NCBI RefSeq assembly: GCF_055900595.2
Contig: NZ_CM148325.1
Reading direction: 5' to 3' (one strand)
DNA: 64,000 nt
Translations under genes and position numbers: made by a program
In this document: in pieces, positions 62,853 through 64,000 of the stretch
How the letters are laid out: each line of letters begins with the position of its first letter
Numbering within the stretch: the first letter of the stretch is position 1
Notes under the pieces: model-generated
Seen by the model: the letters and a program-made list of their open reading frames with translations, nothing else
What the model was told of the DNA's origin: nothing
Databases searched by the model: none

Positions 62853-63025
62853 TCATCACCCCACTCATCACAATATGCTTCGACCGGATTTTTTCCTGCT
62901 TCATAATCATCACGCCATGCTTCAGCATCAGCAGCACTGCCACCACGTAACTCTGCATAGTCCATTAACAGTTCATGCCATTCTTCAAAACTGACGTTGT
63001 ATTTAGTTGAACCAAAATCAGCCAT
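62849..63025 (-). CDS. Hypothetical small acidic protein, 58 aa
   Basis: Manual translation MADFGSTKYNVSFEEWHELLMDYAELRGGSAADAEAWRDDYEAGKNPVEAYCDEWGDE; stop overlaps the downstream start. Confidence 0.35.
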   Translation of the reverse strand: MADFGSTKYNVSFEEWHELLMDYAELRGGSAADAEAWRDDYEAGKNPVEAYCDEWGDE

Positions 63026-63200
63026 TTTGCTCTTCCTCTTCGTCTTTTATTTCGTGATATGAGTAATTGCAGTAGTTAAAGAAAATTTCTTTTGCTTCGT
63101 CATGAATTTCATCAGGTGTTGCGTCATCGTCCACTTCGAATACATCCTCAAAATCTCCACCAGCTATTCCAGTTTCAATAATTATTTTGAACTTTCGCAT
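63018..63200 (-). CDS. Hypothetical small acidic protein, 60 aa
   Basis: ORF track; highly acidic. Confidence 0.35.
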   Translation of the reverse strand: MRKFKIIIETGIAGGDFEDVFEVDDDATPDEIHDEAKEIFFNYCNYSYHEIKDEEEEQNG

Positions 63201-63293
63201 TTCACTACCGCCCTTTCGGGTGGCCTCCTGCTGTTCTGAAGGTGCAGAAATCCCTCCGGTTAAGGATTAAATTTTTAACAGTGCTAAATTTAA

Positions 63294-63650
63294 TTATTCA
63301 GTTCTGGATTTTGTCACCCTGCGTATCCGCGCTTTCGCGTTACGCTCAATCTGAATTAGCTTTTCTATATTTTTTCGCCTTTCCCGTTCCTCCTGGCGCA
63401 AGAGCCTTACATCATCTGCCAGTCTGGTTTCTCTTTTCGCCACAGAGAGCATCCAGTCAAATGGCTCCACAACTGCACCGCAGATTTTACAGCGGACCTG
63501 ACGCTCTTTTTCGTCAACGCGGACAGAGGCGTGATGACAATATGGTCTTTCCGATGGCTCATAAAGAAAATTAACCTGATTACGTGGGTCATCCTCTTTT
63601 ACCGGAAATAAAACAATATTACTTAACTCATCTTCTGGTTTTATTTCCAT
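63294..63650 (-). CDS. Hypothetical protein with CxxC zinc-finger-like motif, 118 aa
   Basis: ORF track; CHH...CKIC motif and basic C-terminal tail. Confidence 0.45.
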   Translation of the reverse strand: MEIKPEDELSNIVLFPVKEDDPRNQVNFLYEPSERPYCHHASVRVDEKERQVRCKICGAVVEPFDWMLSVAKRETRLADDVRLLRQEERERRKNIEKLIQIERNAKARIRRVTKSRTE

Positions 63651-63703
63651 GCTCCTCTCCTTTGATGCGAATGCCAGCGATAATTGAAGCCTGATAGCTA
63701 ATT

Positions 63704-64000
63704 TTACTCACAGCCCCCCTGATAATTTCCCTGATAAAACGCCAGCACGCGCTGCATAACTTCGCTCTTCCTGCACTCGCAACAGATTATGTTCTGACGC
63801 CTGTCGTAGCGGCGTATTTCTCCGTCTGGTAATGACCAGATAAGGTCAGGATCAACCACAACCGGTTTTTTCACCTTTTCCCTTGATAGTTTTTTGCGGG
63901 CGTTTTGCCAGTCTTTACGCGCCTGCTCAGACGGGAATAATCCGTAGCCTGAATTGTATACATCACCACTGGCAACCAGCTCTCTGGCAAGAACGCTCAG
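63704..64000 (-). CDS. Hypothetical nin-region protein, 3' part (gene continues beyond the window end)
   Basis: Open minus-strand frame ending ...QGGCE-stop at about 63704 and running to the window edge. Confidence 0.3.
   Translation of the reverse strand: MSVLARELVASGDVYNSGYGLFPSEQARKDWQNARKKLSREKVKKPVVVDPDLIWSLPDGEIRRYDRRQNIICCECRKSEVMQRVLAFYQGNYQGGCE

Larger units (their letters stand above)
23321..64000. mobile_element. Lambda-like prophage, attR side through the nin region (partial; integrase/immunity end beyond the window), inserted in ompW
   Basis: Continuous lambda-order gene set on the minus strand (tfa, stf, J, I, K, L, M, H, GT, V, U, Z, FII, FI, E, D, C, B, W, A, Nu1, cos, Rz, R, S, tRNAs, Q, rusA, nin genes); several proteins are near-identical to recalled lambda sequences (L, M, K, H). 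Confidence 0.9.

Noticed and set aside
23321-64000. Phage integrase and attL within the window
   Set aside because: The window ends in the nin region; the immunity, replication and integrase end of the prophage is outside the sequence, so no integrase call was made.

Overview
The window reads as an Escherichia coli-type chromosome in two parts. Positions 1-23320 are conserved core genes in the order acnA (5' part), two small ORFs, cysB, topA, yciN, sohB, yciK, btuR, rluB, yciQ, yciO, yciV(trpH), then the complete trp operon (promoter/operator, trpL leader, attenuator, trpEDCBA, terminator), yciG, yciF, yciE. Two things interrupt this core: an AT-rich ~1.4 kb three-ORF islet between btuR and rluB (8622-9961), and a frameshift splitting yciQ. 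At about 23320 the 3' end of ompW (last 38 codons) abuts foreign DNA. From there to the window end (>40 kb) is one arm-to-arm lambda-like prophage seen from its attR/tail-fibre end: accessory genes (ORF6N regulator, DinI-like, LuxR-type regulator, Eib/YadA-like trimeric autotransporter with six 99-bp repeats), tail fibre assembly, collagen-repeat side tail fibre, J, I, K, L, M, H, G/GT (with slippery site), V, U, Z, FII, FI, E, D, C, B, W, terminase A split by an IS66-family insertion with 8-bp target duplication, Nu1, cos, accessory ORFs at the bor position, Rz/Rz1, SAR endolysin, an opposite-strand ORF inside the lysis cassette, dual-start holin, a tRNA cluster, tR'-like terminator, Q-like antiterminator, RusA, DUF968 protein, a hok/mok toxin and nin-region small ORFs. 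Integrase and immunity region lie beyond the window. No Shiga toxin genes are present. All calls are from reading the translations and sequence by eye; no database search was run, and gene names rest on recalled similarity to E. coli K-12 and phage lambda proteins.
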